From a virus (lineage: Duplodnaviria; Caudoviricetes): a DNA stretch of 54,597 nt. Position numbers and translations under genes: made by a program. The notes beneath the pieces were generated by a model. The model was not told the origin of the DNA, ran no database searches, and was given only the letters and a program-made list of their open reading frames with translations. This document shows, piece by piece, positions 8,881 through 19,142 of this stretch. Numbering within the stretch: position 1 is the stretch's first letter; the number at the start of each line of letters is the position of its first letter. The stretch spans positions 1-54,597 of the IMG/VR virus record IMGVR_UViG_3300010376_000040. The stretch is one strand, 5' to 3'.

Positions 8881-8936
8881 GAGAGGAGACGCGCAGCGGC
8901 TCCAATAAGTAAACTCAATGAGGGAAATAGAATGCA

Positions 8937-10199
8937 ATGCAGGGCAATGGAGCTTGGACAGACCTTATATCTGATTTCATGCTCTATACACAGGACTACC
9001 AAAGCTCCGAGATACATCGGACTTGGAGTGCAATTACACTCGTGGGAGGCGCTTGTGAACGACGCATTTGGCTAGAGGTGGGATCAAACGTCAACTACCC
9101 CAACCTCTATGTCTTTCTTGTAGCCCCACCAGGCTATGGTAAAGGCATAATTGATGTAGTAAGAAACCTTTGGTATGAAACCAGAGACCCTGACCATTCA
9201 GCTTCCAACGGTGAGATGAAGAGGGCCTTCCATTTAGCTCCTCAGAACCTTACCAGGGCCTCTCTTGTAGATGATCTCCAAGATGCCAAGCAAACTCGTA
9301 TTTTAGCTAAGACCATGAACCCACTCAAAGAACAGAGCCCTACCTTCATCTACCACACCCTCCTAATACCTGCTGAGGAGTTTGAACTACTGCTGCCTGT
9401 ATACGATCCTCACTTCATCTCAACCATCAATGCAATCTGGAACAATCCTGCCACCCATGAAGAGACGCGCCGCCACGGACCTGCTAAGGAAGTAACCATC
9501 GTTAATCCGCAGTTCACAATAATAGGTGGAGTCCAGCCTGCCTATTTTGTGAGCCATTTCCCTGAATATGCTTGGGAAACAGGCCTCGCACGCCGCGCTA
9601 TTATGGTCTACTCCGACATAGACATAGTAAAAGACCCGTTCCACAAGAGCCCAGGAAGGGAGCGCATTAAAGATAATATATTGAGAAGATTGGGCTTCAT
9701 TGCCACACTATTTGGTCGGATGAGGCTATCTAATAATGCGGAGGGGGAGATAAGAGATTGGCATATGAAGGGAGGACCTCCAACCCCGACTCATACCAAG
9801 CTTAATAGCTATCGGAAGAGTCGGACTCAAATCCTTATAAAGCTGGCAATGATCGCTGCCATTTCAAGAACTGGGGAAATGATAATTCAGAGTGAGGATG
9901 TAGCAAGGGCCTTAGAATGGCTCCTTGCAGCAGAAAAGAAAATGCCTGATGTCTTCCGAGCTATGACAGGCAAGAGTGATAGCCAGATATTAGAGGAATT
10001 GCATTATTTCCTGGTCCAGACATATAGGGATAAGAAGAAGCCAGTACATGAAAAGGATGTCTATGAGTTCCTGACCCTCCGAGCGACCACAGACAAGATT
10101 GCAGGCCTCATTCTGACCGCGGAGAAGACCCAGCGCATGATGAGGGCGAACAACGACAGTTGGATACCCAAACCCAAACTCTTACATGGAGTCGCATGA
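8937..10199 (+). CDS. DUF3987-like P-loop NTPase (replication-associated)
   Basis: NLYVFLVAPPGYGKG Walker A, hhhhAEEF Walker B-like, GGVQP, TGLARR. Confidence 0.65.
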   Translation: MQGNGAWTDLISDFMLYTQDYQSSEIHRTWSAITLVGGACERRIWLEVGSNVNYPNLYVFLVAPPGYGKGIIDVVRNLWYETRDPDHSASNGEMKRAFHLAPQNLTRASLVDDLQDAKQTRILAKTMNPLKEQSPTFIYHTLLIPAEEFELLLPVYDPHFISTINAIWNNPATHEETRRHGPAKEVTIVNPQFTIIGGVQPAYFVSHFPEYAWETGLARRAIMVYSDIDIVKDPFHKSPGRERIKDNILRRLGFIATLFGRMRLSNNAEGEIRDWHMKGGPPTPTHTKLNSYRKSRTQILIKLAMIAAISRTGEMIIQSEDVARALEWLLAAEKKMPDVFRAMTGKSDSQILEELHYFLVQTYRDKKKPVHEKDVYEFLTLRATTDKIAGLILTAEKTQRMMRANNDSWIPKPKLLHGVA

Positions 10200-10666
10200 T
10201 GACACTCACTAAAGAGAAGATATCTCTCCTCCAAGAGTTAGCAAATAAGCATATGACCGTCATTGATTTGGACTCAGATCATAGAGTGAGAATGATACAG
10301 GACCTTGTAAGCATGGGCTATGCCCGCGACTTTGCAGACCATCACGGTCACCGAGTCCAGGTGCGACTGCGAATATGGGGGATCACAGGAGCTGGAAAAG
10401 CTGTTCTAGAACAACAAGCAATGGCTGAGATGACTAGAGGCAGGCAACCTTCCCTTACCCTCTTTGCAAAGGAGCCTTTAATGACAATGCCAAAGAAATC
10501 TTCGGAAGTGAAGGCTCCTTTGACTCTGGATGATGTGAACCCTCCAAAAGAGGGTCAATGGGATGGGAGGAAGTGGTTCCAAAAGACTGATGGCGGCTTC
10601 ACAAACAGGACTACAAGGAGGGCCAATCCGAGGGATGGCATTGAGAGGGATGATCAATCAGACTAA
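10196..10666 (+). CDS. Hypothetical protein, possible winged-helix N-terminus
   Basis: ATGA overlap with the previous stop; LVSMGYA...WGITGAG pattern. Confidence 0.55.
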   Translation: MMTLTKEKISLLQELANKHMTVIDLDSDHRVRMIQDLVSMGYARDFADHHGHRVQVRLRIWGITGAGKAVLEQQAMAEMTRGRQPSLTLFAKEPLMTMPKKSSEVKAPLTLDDVNPPKEGQWDGRKWFQKTDGGFTNRTTRRANPRDGIERDDQSD

Positions 10667-10675
10667 TTGGGAAGT

Positions 10676-10693
10676 TTTGACCATCAAAAGGTG
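10676..10693 (+). repeat. 18-bp junction motif, copy 1 (TTTGACCATCAAAAGGTG)
   Basis: Starts 10 bp after the 10666 stop. Confidence 0.9.
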
Positions 10694-10737
10694 TGCATTC
10701 CACCAAAGGACCCAAGCCCAATAAAAAGGAGTTTGAA

Positions 10738-11049
10738 ATGTTCCACGCACTCTTCATCGCCTTCGGTGCCACCCTCGGCATCATCCTCGCCCTCTTATTC
10801 TTCTTCAACTTCAAGAGAGTCATGAAGATTTTAGGCGAGATAATTTTAGTAAGTATTATTGTAACCCTTGCTGCTCTTGCTCTTGCTAATCAAGACAACG
10901 AGACTGTCAAGGGAATTACAGGTCTTGTGCTTGGCCTTGTTATGATTGGAGGAATAGCAGTATGGGCACAAGCTTTAGTTGCCTCCCCTGGGAGCAAAGC
11001 TTGGGGGCGCAGAATAAGAAATGGGTGGAGGCGCATTCTCCACAGCTGA
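10738..11049 (+). CDS. Membrane protein with 3 hydrophobic segments
   Basis: AAGGAG SD before ATG 10738; three hydrophobic stretches and a basic C-terminus. Confidence 0.7.
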   Translation: MFHALFIAFGATLGIILALLFFFNFKRVMKILGEIILVSIIVTLAALALANQDNETVKGITGLVLGLVMIGGIAVWAQALVASPGSKAWGRRIRNGWRRILHS

Positions 11050-11913
11050 TGATGTACCAATGGTGGCACCAGCAGTGGTGCCACCTAATATCTGTTGAGC
11101 AGCAATGGTAGCACCGCTTGGAGGCTGTAAAGACCTCCCTCCCATCATAGCATTATAATTTCTCCTCCTTATAAGATAATTAACTCCAAGACCACCAGGC
11201 CCCATCCACCTAGTTATTGGGTCCCAGAATAAATAATCGTCTATATTCTTCTCTCTCAAAGAGGCTATTTCTGCCGCTGAAGGTGCTTTTGTCCTTGGTA
11301 GATTAATCCACATGGAAGCAGGAGGAGCACCTGGCATTCGACTTATTGACCCAATACCAGTTCCCAACCCAGTCCCAAATTGGACAGCCGCTCCAAGATT
11401 TGGATGACCTGCTTCAGTCAAGGCTTGCCCAGCTCCACCTCCCAATGCATTGATACCTAAAGCAATCGGCCCCATTGCTCCAGCTGCAACAAAAGGCAAT
11501 GCACTTCCAGCTTGCCTTGCACCAGCAGCCCATTCCCTCTCTAAAGGAGACATAGGGTTGAAACCAGGTATTGTAAGAGCCTCCCCATAACTCCCTGGGC
11601 CTTGTCCCCTTGTCCAAGCTGGTGGCTCATTGAAGTCTTTAGGATCAAATTGGTGTCCTGCTCCCCAAAGGAGGTTCAAAGCCCCCATGGGAAGTCCAGC
11701 CACTCCAATCCCTGCTTGATTAGCAGCAATTACAGCTTCCCTTCCAACAGTTCCTAGAATACCAGACTCTGTTCCATACTGCCCTGGTGGTGCTGCAGGA
11801 TAATTAGGTGGAGTGGCCTCTGGCAGTACATTTACATCTCGCTGCACAGCATCTGATGCTCTCAATCTCCTTCTATATTCAGCGGAGAGAGGATCATTCG
11901 GATCATCTGGCAT
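10975..11913 (-). CDS. Putative ejection/internal virion protein
   Basis: G/A/P-rich with hydrophobic glycine-zipper segments; last gene of the late operon; AGGAGG SD. Confidence 0.55.
   Translation of the reverse strand: MPDDPNDPLSAEYRRRLRASDAVQRDVNVLPEATPPNYPAAPPGQYGTESGILGTVGREAVIAANQAGIGVAGLPMGALNLLWGAGHQFDPKDFNEPPAWTRGQGPGSYGEALTIPGFNPMSPLEREWAAGARQAGSALPFVAAGAMGPIALGINALGGGAGQALTEAGHPNLGAAVQFGTGLGTGIGSISRMPGAPPASMWINLPRTKAPSAAEIASLREKNIDDYLFWDPITRWMGPGGLGVNYLIRRRNYNAMMGGRSLQPPSGATIAAQQILGGTTAGATIGTSSAVENAPPPISYSAPPSFAPRGGN
11062..11085. terminator. 10-bp perfect hairpin at the convergence of the early and late arms
   Basis: GGTGGCACCA-GCAG-TGGTGCCACC shortly after the 11049 stop; no clear U-tract. 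Confidence 0.4.
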
Positions 11914-11922
11914 AGTGCCCTC

Positions 11923-13683
11923 CTACGGGCTCTGTATCTCTCTAGCTTGTCTAGCTTGCAACTGTCTTGTTGCTTTTTCATGTAGATCGTCGTCTATCCA
12001 GTTATGAGCATAGGCATAATCGATTGCAGACTGGTTTCTAAACCCGTTCCTAGTTAGTCCGAAGTCACTCAGCACTTTATTTTCATAATCTTGTGCTGGA
12101 TGAAGTTTATTAAATGCAATATCTGCGCCTTGAGGATCACCACGATGAGTCATCATCCAATGTTGAGTGAACCCATACATATCTTGATATCTCTTAACCC
12201 CCGACTTCAATTCCTCAAGCACCAGCTTATTACCCAAGAATGAATTTTCAATGCCTGGAACTGCTTGCCCTGCTGTCGCAACCACTGTACCAGCCTCTCT
12301 CTGGTGTCCAAACTGTGTTGCAAGCACGCTAAATTGTGCCTGCCTCATATCCTTCACAAAGGAGTTGTAATCTCGCAAGCTTTCTCCAAAGAACTCAGGT
12401 ATCTTCGTTCCAAATGTGCTATTAAACAGGGCTATACCTGTATTCACGGCACTAGCAGCTGCCCCTCTTTCGCTTGCCAATGCACCAGGTCGAAGCAAGG
12501 TATCCTTCAACCTATCCAGTGAAGCATCCATTGACTCAAATTGACGTATTGCATTTGATGAGTCCATAAACCTTGGGCTCTCTTTGTCATTAAATGTCTT
12601 CGCTCTATCCTGTACAGCTGCACCAAATGTTGGACCACCCTGCCACTGCCATTGAGTACCAGTTGGGTCCATTCTCCCCTGAGGAGGATTCTGCGCCATA
12701 ACATCTGGAGTCCAAAGTGGTGTTCCATCAGCCGCTAATGGAACTTGCTCCGCTGCTGCCGGAGCTGCTGTCGGAGCCGCTGCTGGAGCCGCTTGAGGTG
12801 GCGGTACTGGCTGGCCACCAAGCTGGTTAGGGCTTCCAGCTCCTCCTGAAGGCTGTGGGACACCAGTGGGTATATATGGTGCAGCCTGTACAGGTTGATA
12901 ACCAGTCCCTGGATACACTCCTCTATCTGTTGGAGCAAGCTCTGGAGCGATACCAGCAGGGATGAAGCCTTGCGGCTGGATACCAAACGGCGTAGCATTG
13001 ATGATGTAATCGCCTTGAGGCATATGAACAATGTTAGTCTTGCCAAGGGTGGAGTCAATCTCAGGACCGCTCATGCCAGACGAAGCAAGAGATAGACCAA
13101 TCCTCCTACTTCTCTCTGCGTTGGCCGCAGCTGGATCAGCAGGCAACCCTGCATTAATCCCTGAGAACCAAGCTTGCATCCCTGCAACAGCATTTGTTCT
13201 TTGTCCAGAAGTCATACCACCTTGTGTCGCAAGAGTTTGCTGGATCGCTGCATCCCTAATTGTATTCAATTGATCCTCTGGTAAATTCCTTCTAACTCCA
13301 TCCCAGTAAGGTATCATGTTCTTAACGAATATATGCTGGGCAGTGTCACCAGCCTCTAAATTTAGCTTTCCTGTTGTCGCATGAGTCTGTGCAATCTGCG
13401 CCGAGGCAAGCTCGGCAGAGCGCATAGTATTAATATATTGAGAGCTATATGCAGCCCAGGGGCTCTTTGCCACTGCTTGCAAGCCGCTCTCTATATCTGG
13501 ATACCCAGCCATGATCGACCCAATTGCGCTATTAGCTTGCAATTGCAGTTGAAATTGTGTATTCTCATTTGCCAGCTGCCTCATCCTCATAATATCAAGG
13601 CCAGCTTGGAACGGGTTTATTTGATTTGCCCCTCCTTCTGATACAGGGACTCTAACCCCCATCGCGATTGTATTTCTGGGCAT
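11923..13683 (-). CDS. Putative DNA ejection protein (position of P22 gp20/gp16)
   Basis: 586 aa, Q/A/G-rich and helical, downstream of the gp7-like gene. Confidence 0.6.
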   Translation of the reverse strand: MPRNTIAMGVRVPVSEGGANQINPFQAGLDIMRMRQLANENTQFQLQLQANSAIGSIMAGYPDIESGLQAVAKSPWAAYSSQYINTMRSAELASAQIAQTHATTGKLNLEAGDTAQHIFVKNMIPYWDGVRRNLPEDQLNTIRDAAIQQTLATQGGMTSGQRTNAVAGMQAWFSGINAGLPADPAAANAERSRRIGLSLASSGMSGPEIDSTLGKTNIVHMPQGDYIINATPFGIQPQGFIPAGIAPELAPTDRGVYPGTGYQPVQAAPYIPTGVPQPSGGAGSPNQLGGQPVPPPQAAPAAAPTAAPAAAEQVPLAADGTPLWTPDVMAQNPPQGRMDPTGTQWQWQGGPTFGAAVQDRAKTFNDKESPRFMDSSNAIRQFESMDASLDRLKDTLLRPGALASERGAAASAVNTGIALFNSTFGTKIPEFFGESLRDYNSFVKDMRQAQFSVLATQFGHQREAGTVVATAGQAVPGIENSFLGNKLVLEELKSGVKRYQDMYGFTQHWMMTHRGDPQGADIAFNKLHPAQDYENKVLSDFGLTRNGFRNQSAIDYAYAHNWIDDDLHEKATRQLQARQAREIQSP

Positions 13684-14318
13684 TACGCTTCTCCCTCATT
13701 ACCTGCTGGAGGTCCTAATTGATTTTGCATTCCTTGGCCTGTCATATCAATATGCTGCGGTGGGGGTGGACCCTGTCTCGCTATCTGTTCCAAGTGGGAG
13801 GCAGCAATAGACTTAATACCTGCAACAGCCAATCTATGCCCAAGGACTGCATTCTCTTGAGCAAGCTGCATCTCTGCTTGACTTACAGTCAAGTCGTGCA
13901 TTCTAATCCAAGAAGCTAGACCTTCCCCTCCTATGCTAGGCATATCAGACATAATTTGGGCGAGCTGGGTGGCCCCGATCCCATGCCCAACCAGTCTACC
14001 TGCTGCCTCAATAACATGCTCAGGCCTTACTACATCCCCCATTTCCATCAATTGATCTAATTCAATACGAAGATGATCCAAGACCTGCTGCGCTCTTTGC
14101 CCATCCTTGAATTGCGCTTGCACATACTTGAGGTTTGCATGAACATCTGCGAATGGCTGCCCTGCTTTACTTGGTGGCACCCCCATTCCATTCCCTCTCG
14201 CAGGGCTTGTTGGCGAAGCCGGAGCCTGTAACGATGCACCAGCAGGGCCTTGTGGCACTGCCTCAGAGGGATCAGCCCCACCGCCACCTGGTATGAACGG
14301 ATTATTGTTCCCTGCCAT
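13683..14318 (-). CDS. Hypothetical virion-associated protein
   Basis: 211 aa, AGGAGG SD, TAATG coupling to the next gene. Confidence 0.6.
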   Translation of the reverse strand: MAGNNNPFIPGGGGADPSEAVPQGPAGASLQAPASPTSPARGNGMGVPPSKAGQPFADVHANLKYVQAQFKDGQRAQQVLDHLRIELDQLMEMGDVVRPEHVIEAAGRLVGHGIGATQLAQIMSDMPSIGGEGLASWIRMHDLTVSQAEMQLAQENAVLGHRLAVAGIKSIAASHLEQIARQGPPPPQHIDMTGQGMQNQLGPPAGNEGEA

Positions 14319-14328
14319 TCAAGCCTCC

Positions 14329-15246
14329 TTATGGAGTCTGATTAACCATAAGATTTGGATTTTGCATGTATGCAAGTCCAGGGTCTGCATTGATACCCAG
14401 GGTGTTGCCACCGGCATTCTGCAAGATGAGAGGAAGGAGGGCATTGGTAGTGAGGCCACTACCAACAGCAGATCCTGCACCTTGCAACCCTGCAATCAAA
14501 GAATTAGCTGATCCAACCACACCTGATGCCTGTGCTGCACCAGCCCCTGTGATTGCCGAACCAATAGCACTACCAGATTGTAAATTAGCTCCAGCTAATG
14601 CTCCACCAGCAGATAGCCCTGTCTGCACTCTACCAGCTAACATACTCAATATCTGCTGCCTTTGTTGTAAGTCCATTGTCCTTCCAGCAAGCAAGCTATT
14701 TATATTAGTTTGATAGGAACTTAAATTTGCATTGAAAACCTGCGGCCATGTTTGAGATGCCAGGCCCGCTGCATATTGCCCTGCTCCTCTCACTGCGCTA
14801 CCCGAAGCGCCCAATTCCATTGCTCCCAACCTTGCTTGCTCTGCTTCAAGGCCTTGAGTGAGAGTGAATTGATAACCAGGGGTATTGATCAAATCGGCCA
14901 TTGTTGGCTGGAAGGTGAAGGAGGGCAAAGAAGTATCAATCGGGGAAGTTAAGGCTCCCATTCTACTCACGAGGTCAGGGATACCCGCTGCTCCATAATC
15001 AACAAATGGCTGAAGCTCATTGACATTCTGTTGTCTTATCTGTTGCTGCAAGGCAATATTCTGTTCAGCAGCTTGAAATTGTAATTGGGCTGCATCCGTT
15101 GCAGCACTTGCACCCTTCTTCCCTCCAGCAAGCGAGGTTGCCCCGCTTATACCAGCTCCAGCCAGAATAGCTGGGCCAGTCCCAATAATATTCAGTTCAT
15201 TTGGAAAAGAAGGCTGGTAGCCGAGGATAGGTGCAAGTTCCATCAT
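14329..15246 (-). CDS. DNA transfer/ejection protein, P22 gp7-like
   Basis: G/A-rich termini, L.PF..YG..G and TPGYQF...QG motifs. Confidence 0.7.
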   Translation of the reverse strand: MMELAPILGYQPSFPNELNIIGTGPAILAGAGISGATSLAGGKKGASAATDAAQLQFQAAEQNIALQQQIRQQNVNELQPFVDYGAAGIPDLVSRMGALTSPIDTSLPSFTFQPTMADLINTPGYQFTLTQGLEAEQARLGAMELGASGSAVRGAGQYAAGLASQTWPQVFNANLSSYQTNINSLLAGRTMDLQQRQQILSMLAGRVQTGLSAGGALAGANLQSGSAIGSAITGAGAAQASGVVGSANSLIAGLQGAGSAVGSGLTTNALLPLILQNAGGNTLGINADPGLAYMQNPNLMVNQTP

Positions 15247-15719
15247 TTCTTCTCATCCTTCTTCTCATCCTTCAACTTCAGCATATAGTTATGGCTTAGA
15301 AGGGCCGCCCCTCTTCTTTCAAATAGACGTCCAAGCAAAGCTCCGCGACCTTTAATTCCATGATGGAGGTAGGCAAACTCAACACCTATTTTCTTCCATT
15401 CCTCAATAGCCCTATCAAGCATGCGAACCCCAACAATGGGATGTTTGGACTCGACAAACCATGCGGTCTGGCTTACAATAAGAGTGCCCTTACTCTCCAA
15501 GTCGAAATCAAGGAGCCATGTGAAGTAGCCAACAGCCTTATCATCAACTCTGGCAACAAGGACCTGGAATTTGCCTGCCTCATTCAAAATTGCCATACTT
15601 TGCCAATCAGGATTGAAGTCTCTCTGTTCTTCAATTTCAATATGCTCTTGGGCAGCAAGAAGCTCAAGCTCCCTCCAGCTATCAACAATCCTCTCAAATC
15701 TAATTTCTAATGCAGACAA
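15243..15719 (-). CDS. GNAT-fold acetyltransferase-like protein
   Basis: LVARVDDKAVGY, WFV..KH..VG..ML, LFERRGA; lies upstream of the gp7-like gene. Confidence 0.65.
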   Translation of the reverse strand: MSALEIRFERIVDSWRELELLAAQEHIEIEEQRDFNPDWQSMAILNEAGKFQVLVARVDDKAVGYFTWLLDFDLESKGTLIVSQTAWFVESKHPIVGVRMLDRAIEEWKKIGVEFAYLHHGIKGRGALLGRLFERRGAALLSHNYMLKLKDEKKDEKK

Positions 15720-16297
15720 TTCTTCAAGCCCTCCATCCTCTTTAGCACGTCCTCTTGATAGAGCGTATACCTAGAATTGGCCTCTTCCCTGACATCTTCA
15801 ACCTCAGCCATGTTGACCTGAATATTTACTTGGGAGAGCTTATACCACCAATCAAAATCAAATTCAAGCTCGAGAAGGTACTCAAATAACCACTTCCCAA
15901 CAACAGGAGCATCCAAGTCAGAACTGTTAATAGAATAAACATCTGGCTGCTCTGCAATCAAATCAAGCATGGCATTGTATTCAGCCAAATAGGTTAAATT
16001 ACCCTGGTATCCCATCATAGTTATGGAGTTGTAAACCTCTTGAAGTGGCCTCCTAAGCACCACCGTCTTCAACTCTGGCATCTCCTTCCTAATAACTTGC
16101 CATCCAATCATCCCTCCAATCTCAACAGAGCCCCACATTCCTTCTTCCTTGTATGCCTTAATAAAGCCTTCAACAGATTTGCAAAGCGGGGCAACATCAT
16201 GAGCCACAGGTTGAAGTGGGCTCGTGAAAGGATAATTCAAGAGGTTGGCAAGCCATGCAGTGCGGCTTCGAGGCAGGGCATAAACAATGAATGGCAT
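15707..16297 (-). CDS. Sulfotransferase-like P-loop protein
   Basis: FIVYALPRSRTAWL (5'-PSB-like) and VVLRRPLQEVYNS (3'-PB-like). Confidence 0.55.
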   Translation of the reverse strand: MPFIVYALPRSRTAWLANLLNYPFTSPLQPVAHDVAPLCKSVEGFIKAYKEEGMWGSVEIGGMIGWQVIRKEMPELKTVVLRRPLQEVYNSITMMGYQGNLTYLAEYNAMLDLIAEQPDVYSINSSDLDAPVVGKWLFEYLLELEFDFDWWYKLSQVNIQVNMAEVEDVREEANSRYTLYQEDVLKRMEGLKNCLH

Positions 16298-16305
16298 AGG
16301 ACCTC

Positions 16306-17064
16306 CTAACCTGCATCCAGTGCACCCAAGATCAGCACTGCATTATCATTGAATGCCATAGAGCCAACAACCGATTGCACCTCCAAATCAATCCAATAGG
16401 CAGCACCAGGAGTGAGACCTGTAATGAGACCAGACAAAGACAAACCCTCTGCACCAGCTATGACTGATACAACCGAGACAACCGTACCAACAGCCCCAGT
16501 TCCATGTGCTGGAGGTGATCCTGATCCAAACCTTACAACAACATTACCTGTCCCTCCACTCACACTAGCATTCAAAGCAAAAGTGACTCTCTTATTATTC
16601 GAGGTGAAGGGTATTCCAAGCCCTAACATACCCGGCGCTGTTGCTGTCTGATTGCTACCTGCCAGGAACCTAGCATCATTAGTCTTAGCCAATAACCCCA
16701 CCACCTCGCCTTGGAGACTCGTTACCTGGCTTTGAAGGGCAGTCAATGAAGCAGTGAGAGCAGCAACTTGACCTGTAAGGGAAGCAACCTCAGTCTCCAA
16801 GGTCGTTACCTGTCCTTGCAAAGTACCTGTCTGCCCTTGCAAGGTTGCCACATCACCCTGCGTACTAGAAAGGCTGTTCTGTGTCTGATTAAGCCCGGTA
16901 TTTATTTGAGTTGTATAAGCTGCCCTGGAGGCCATAAAGGTAAGAAAGTTATTCCAAGGAATACCTAATGTCCCTGTCTTAGGGTCCATAATCATGGAGT
17001 TATAAGAAGGAACTGCATTCCAATTGGCTGGATTTGCAGGAGATGGAAATGGCGGCGGTGCCAT
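16306..17064 (-). CDS. Tail needle-like protein (coiled coil plus C-terminal knob)
   Basis: Heptads (VATLQGQ/TGTLQGQ/VTTLETE/VASLTGQ); follows the gp10-like gene as P22 gp26 does. Confidence 0.65.
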   Translation of the reverse strand: MAPPPFPSPANPANWNAVPSYNSMIMDPKTGTLGIPWNNFLTFMASRAAYTTQINTGLNQTQNSLSSTQGDVATLQGQTGTLQGQVTTLETEVASLTGQVAALTASLTALQSQVTSLQGEVVGLLAKTNDARFLAGSNQTATAPGMLGLGIPFTSNNKRVTFALNASVSGGTGNVVVRFGSGSPPAHGTGAVGTVVSVVSVIAGAEGLSLSGLITGLTPGAAYWIDLEVQSVVGSMAFNDNAVLILGALDAG

Positions 17065-17072
17065 AGTGCCTC

Positions 17073-18599
17073 CTATGTCCCCAGCACTTCTGCATCAACC
17101 CAAGCCCCATTGAGAGCTGCTGGTCCTGCAATATTATGGCTTAACTCAAAGACCCGATCACGAGCAATACCCATCCCCAGCCATTGAGGCTGAGTCAGGA
17201 ATTCACCAGGTGCTCCAGCATTCTGCAAGATATCATTCCCAAAGGTGCGCCCTCTATCATCACTCCATCGTAAAGAAACAACAGCAGGCTTCCCATTTAT
17301 ATCAAGAGGGGCGGTCCCACATTCCATGTCAGCCCGGAATGCAGCGAATTGAAGCCTCCTACCATCAACTTCTACCATACCCTGCCCACCTGCCATCCTA
17401 GCAGCGCCGATATGAGGAAAACTCCTAATACATACAAGAGGACATTCAATAAAAGCCCCACCTGGATCAGCAATAACCGTATCAGTATATTTATCCATAT
17501 CAAGGCTATAAATTGTATTATTCTCCCAATCTCCTGCCATAAGCTGTCCATTTATGAATGCAATGCAATTGATACGACTACGATCGAGGCTTCCCCTGCT
17601 TGGATGTGTCCAGCATTCTTGGTGCCACGCCGCTGTTGGATCGGTCACTGAAGCATCATAGACCCAGGTCTGGTTTCCGCGAGGGAAGGTCAACATGTAG
17701 AATAGGTGGCCATCCATCTGGTAAGTGAAGCCCAGAGCATCAGATATACCCACCGTCTTCTGCATCTGCCTGATTGCTTCCTCCAACGCATGATTGGATA
17801 TACGAGTGGCAAAGTAGCCCCTAAATGAGAGAACGACTCCCTCCCCTTGCAAGTTGCGTGAGAGCCAGAAGACTGTGATATCATGATTAGCGATGGAGAA
17901 AGGTGCTGCAATTCCATTTTCAATATAGGTGCCTGGTAATCCTTGGAATGCAAATGGGCTCTCTGTTGTCCCACCAGCGTTATACCATATCTCTGACTTC
18001 ACATCTCCTAGCAAGAATATCTCTCTCCTATTCACAAAGATGGACTTAAGCTTATCAGGATAAGAGACCTTCCCTGCAAAGAAGAGGGGATCGAATACAA
18101 GCTCTTGATAAAGGCTTGAACCAAAATTAACTGTGCCTGGCATATTCCAAACCAGATACCCGTCAATATATCTTATCTGATCAGCTCCTTGAAAAAGGCC
18201 TGTCGGATCAACAACTGGCCCCCAATCTGTATTACCCAAAGTAGTTGTCCAACCCTGAGTCGTACCATCAACCACAACCAGATTATTACCATTATCAGCT
18301 ATAGAAACAGGACCACTTGATGTCTCAAGAGAGCCCAAAAGCGTCGTACTACTATCCCCATTAATAATAAAGGCTTGATTACCTGAGACAACATAGCCCA
18401 CTGTATTCGAGGCCCGAAAGAGACCTCTTATTGGGCCATTCCCAACTTGAAAGAGCTTGTCTAGGCCTGGTCTTTGGTAATGAGTGGTGGGGACAAGAGC
18501 CCCTTTTGGATTAACTTCTGAGTAATAATTAATACATCTCTGTGCCGAGGCAATGATGCTTCGGGTAGTGTAGCTTCCACCTATAAGCGCCAACCTCAT
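17073..18599 (-). CDS. Packaged-DNA stabilisation/tail hub protein, P22 gp10-like
   Basis: AQRCINYY.E, GPIRG, YQMDGHLFY.LTFP...TWVYD, LRWSDD.G.TFG, W.G.G..RDRVFE. Confidence 0.85.
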   Translation of the reverse strand: MRLALIGGSYTTRSIIASAQRCINYYSEVNPKGALVPTTHYQRPGLDKLFQVGNGPIRGLFRASNTVGYVVSGNQAFIINGDSSTTLLGSLETSSGPVSIADNGNNLVVVDGTTQGWTTTLGNTDWGPVVDPTGLFQGADQIRYIDGYLVWNMPGTVNFGSSLYQELVFDPLFFAGKVSYPDKLKSIFVNRREIFLLGDVKSEIWYNAGGTTESPFAFQGLPGTYIENGIAAPFSIANHDITVFWLSRNLQGEGVVLSFRGYFATRISNHALEEAIRQMQKTVGISDALGFTYQMDGHLFYMLTFPRGNQTWVYDASVTDPTAAWHQECWTHPSRGSLDRSRINCIAFINGQLMAGDWENNTIYSLDMDKYTDTVIADPGGAFIECPLVCIRSFPHIGAARMAGGQGMVEVDGRRLQFAAFRADMECGTAPLDINGKPAVVSLRWSDDRGRTFGNDILQNAGAPGEFLTQPQWLGMGIARDRVFELSHNIAGPAALNGAWVDAEVLGT

Positions 18600-18745
18600 T
18601 ATTTGCTTGCTTTCTTATTAGGCTTTCTTCTGCTAGCTTTACTAACGGAAGAAGGCATAGGTGTAAGAGGCTTGCCTGGATGCATATTTCTCTCATGAGC
18701 ATGCACCCCCGCCTTCACCTTCCCTCCATTTCCAGACTTTGCCAT
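18599..18745 (-). CDS. 48-aa basic peptide MAKSGNGGKVKAGVHAHERNMHPGKPLTPMPSS...KKASK
   Basis: Manual translation; TGATG and TAATG overlaps with both neighbouring genes. Confidence 0.65.
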   Translation of the reverse strand: MAKSGNGGKVKAGVHAHERNMHPGKPLTPMPSSVSKASRRKPNKKASK

Positions 18746-19140
18746 CAGATAGTCCCCCAAATAGAGCCCATCCAAATCAACCAGACCGAGGCAAAATTAG
18801 ACACAAGCTGATAATTGGGATTACCGTCAATTGATGTTAGAGGGACAATTGTAATGTTCTCGGTTCCTGCATTGCCAAAGGCATCCTTGATAAGGACTTG
18901 TTGATTAATGACTAGCCCATTTGGAAGGCTAATAAAGACAGGACCTCCACTTGTATTCTGCACGAAGACAATGACATCTTGATCAGTTGGAATAGAGATG
19001 ATACCTGAACCAATAAAGGAAACAGGCTGTGGCCTTTGCAGATTTGTAATCTCATTCTTGGCAATCAGGAAATTCTGTCTGACTGAGGCTGTTGTTGGAT
19101 TGCCAAAAACAGGGACAGTAGGATCAATTGCACTTGTCAT
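18745..19140 (-). CDS. Putative tail/fibre-associated protein
   Basis: MTSAIDPTVPVFGNPTTASVRQNF N-terminus; LP......VLIKD..GNA...NITI....IDG module also seen in fibre proteins. Confidence 0.6.
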   Translation of the reverse strand: MTSAIDPTVPVFGNPTTASVRQNFLIAKNEITNLQRPQPVSFIGSGIISIPTDQDVIVFVQNTSGGPVFISLPNGLVINQQVLIKDAFGNAGTENITIVPLTSIDGNPNYQLVSNFASVWLIWMGSIWGTI

Positions 19141-19142
19141 GA

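Noticed and set aside
4599-10320. Identical heptapeptide QDLVSMG in the ParB-MTase and the 10196-10666 protein
   Set aside because: A single 7-aa match with no flanking similarity is compatible with chance in a proteome of this size.
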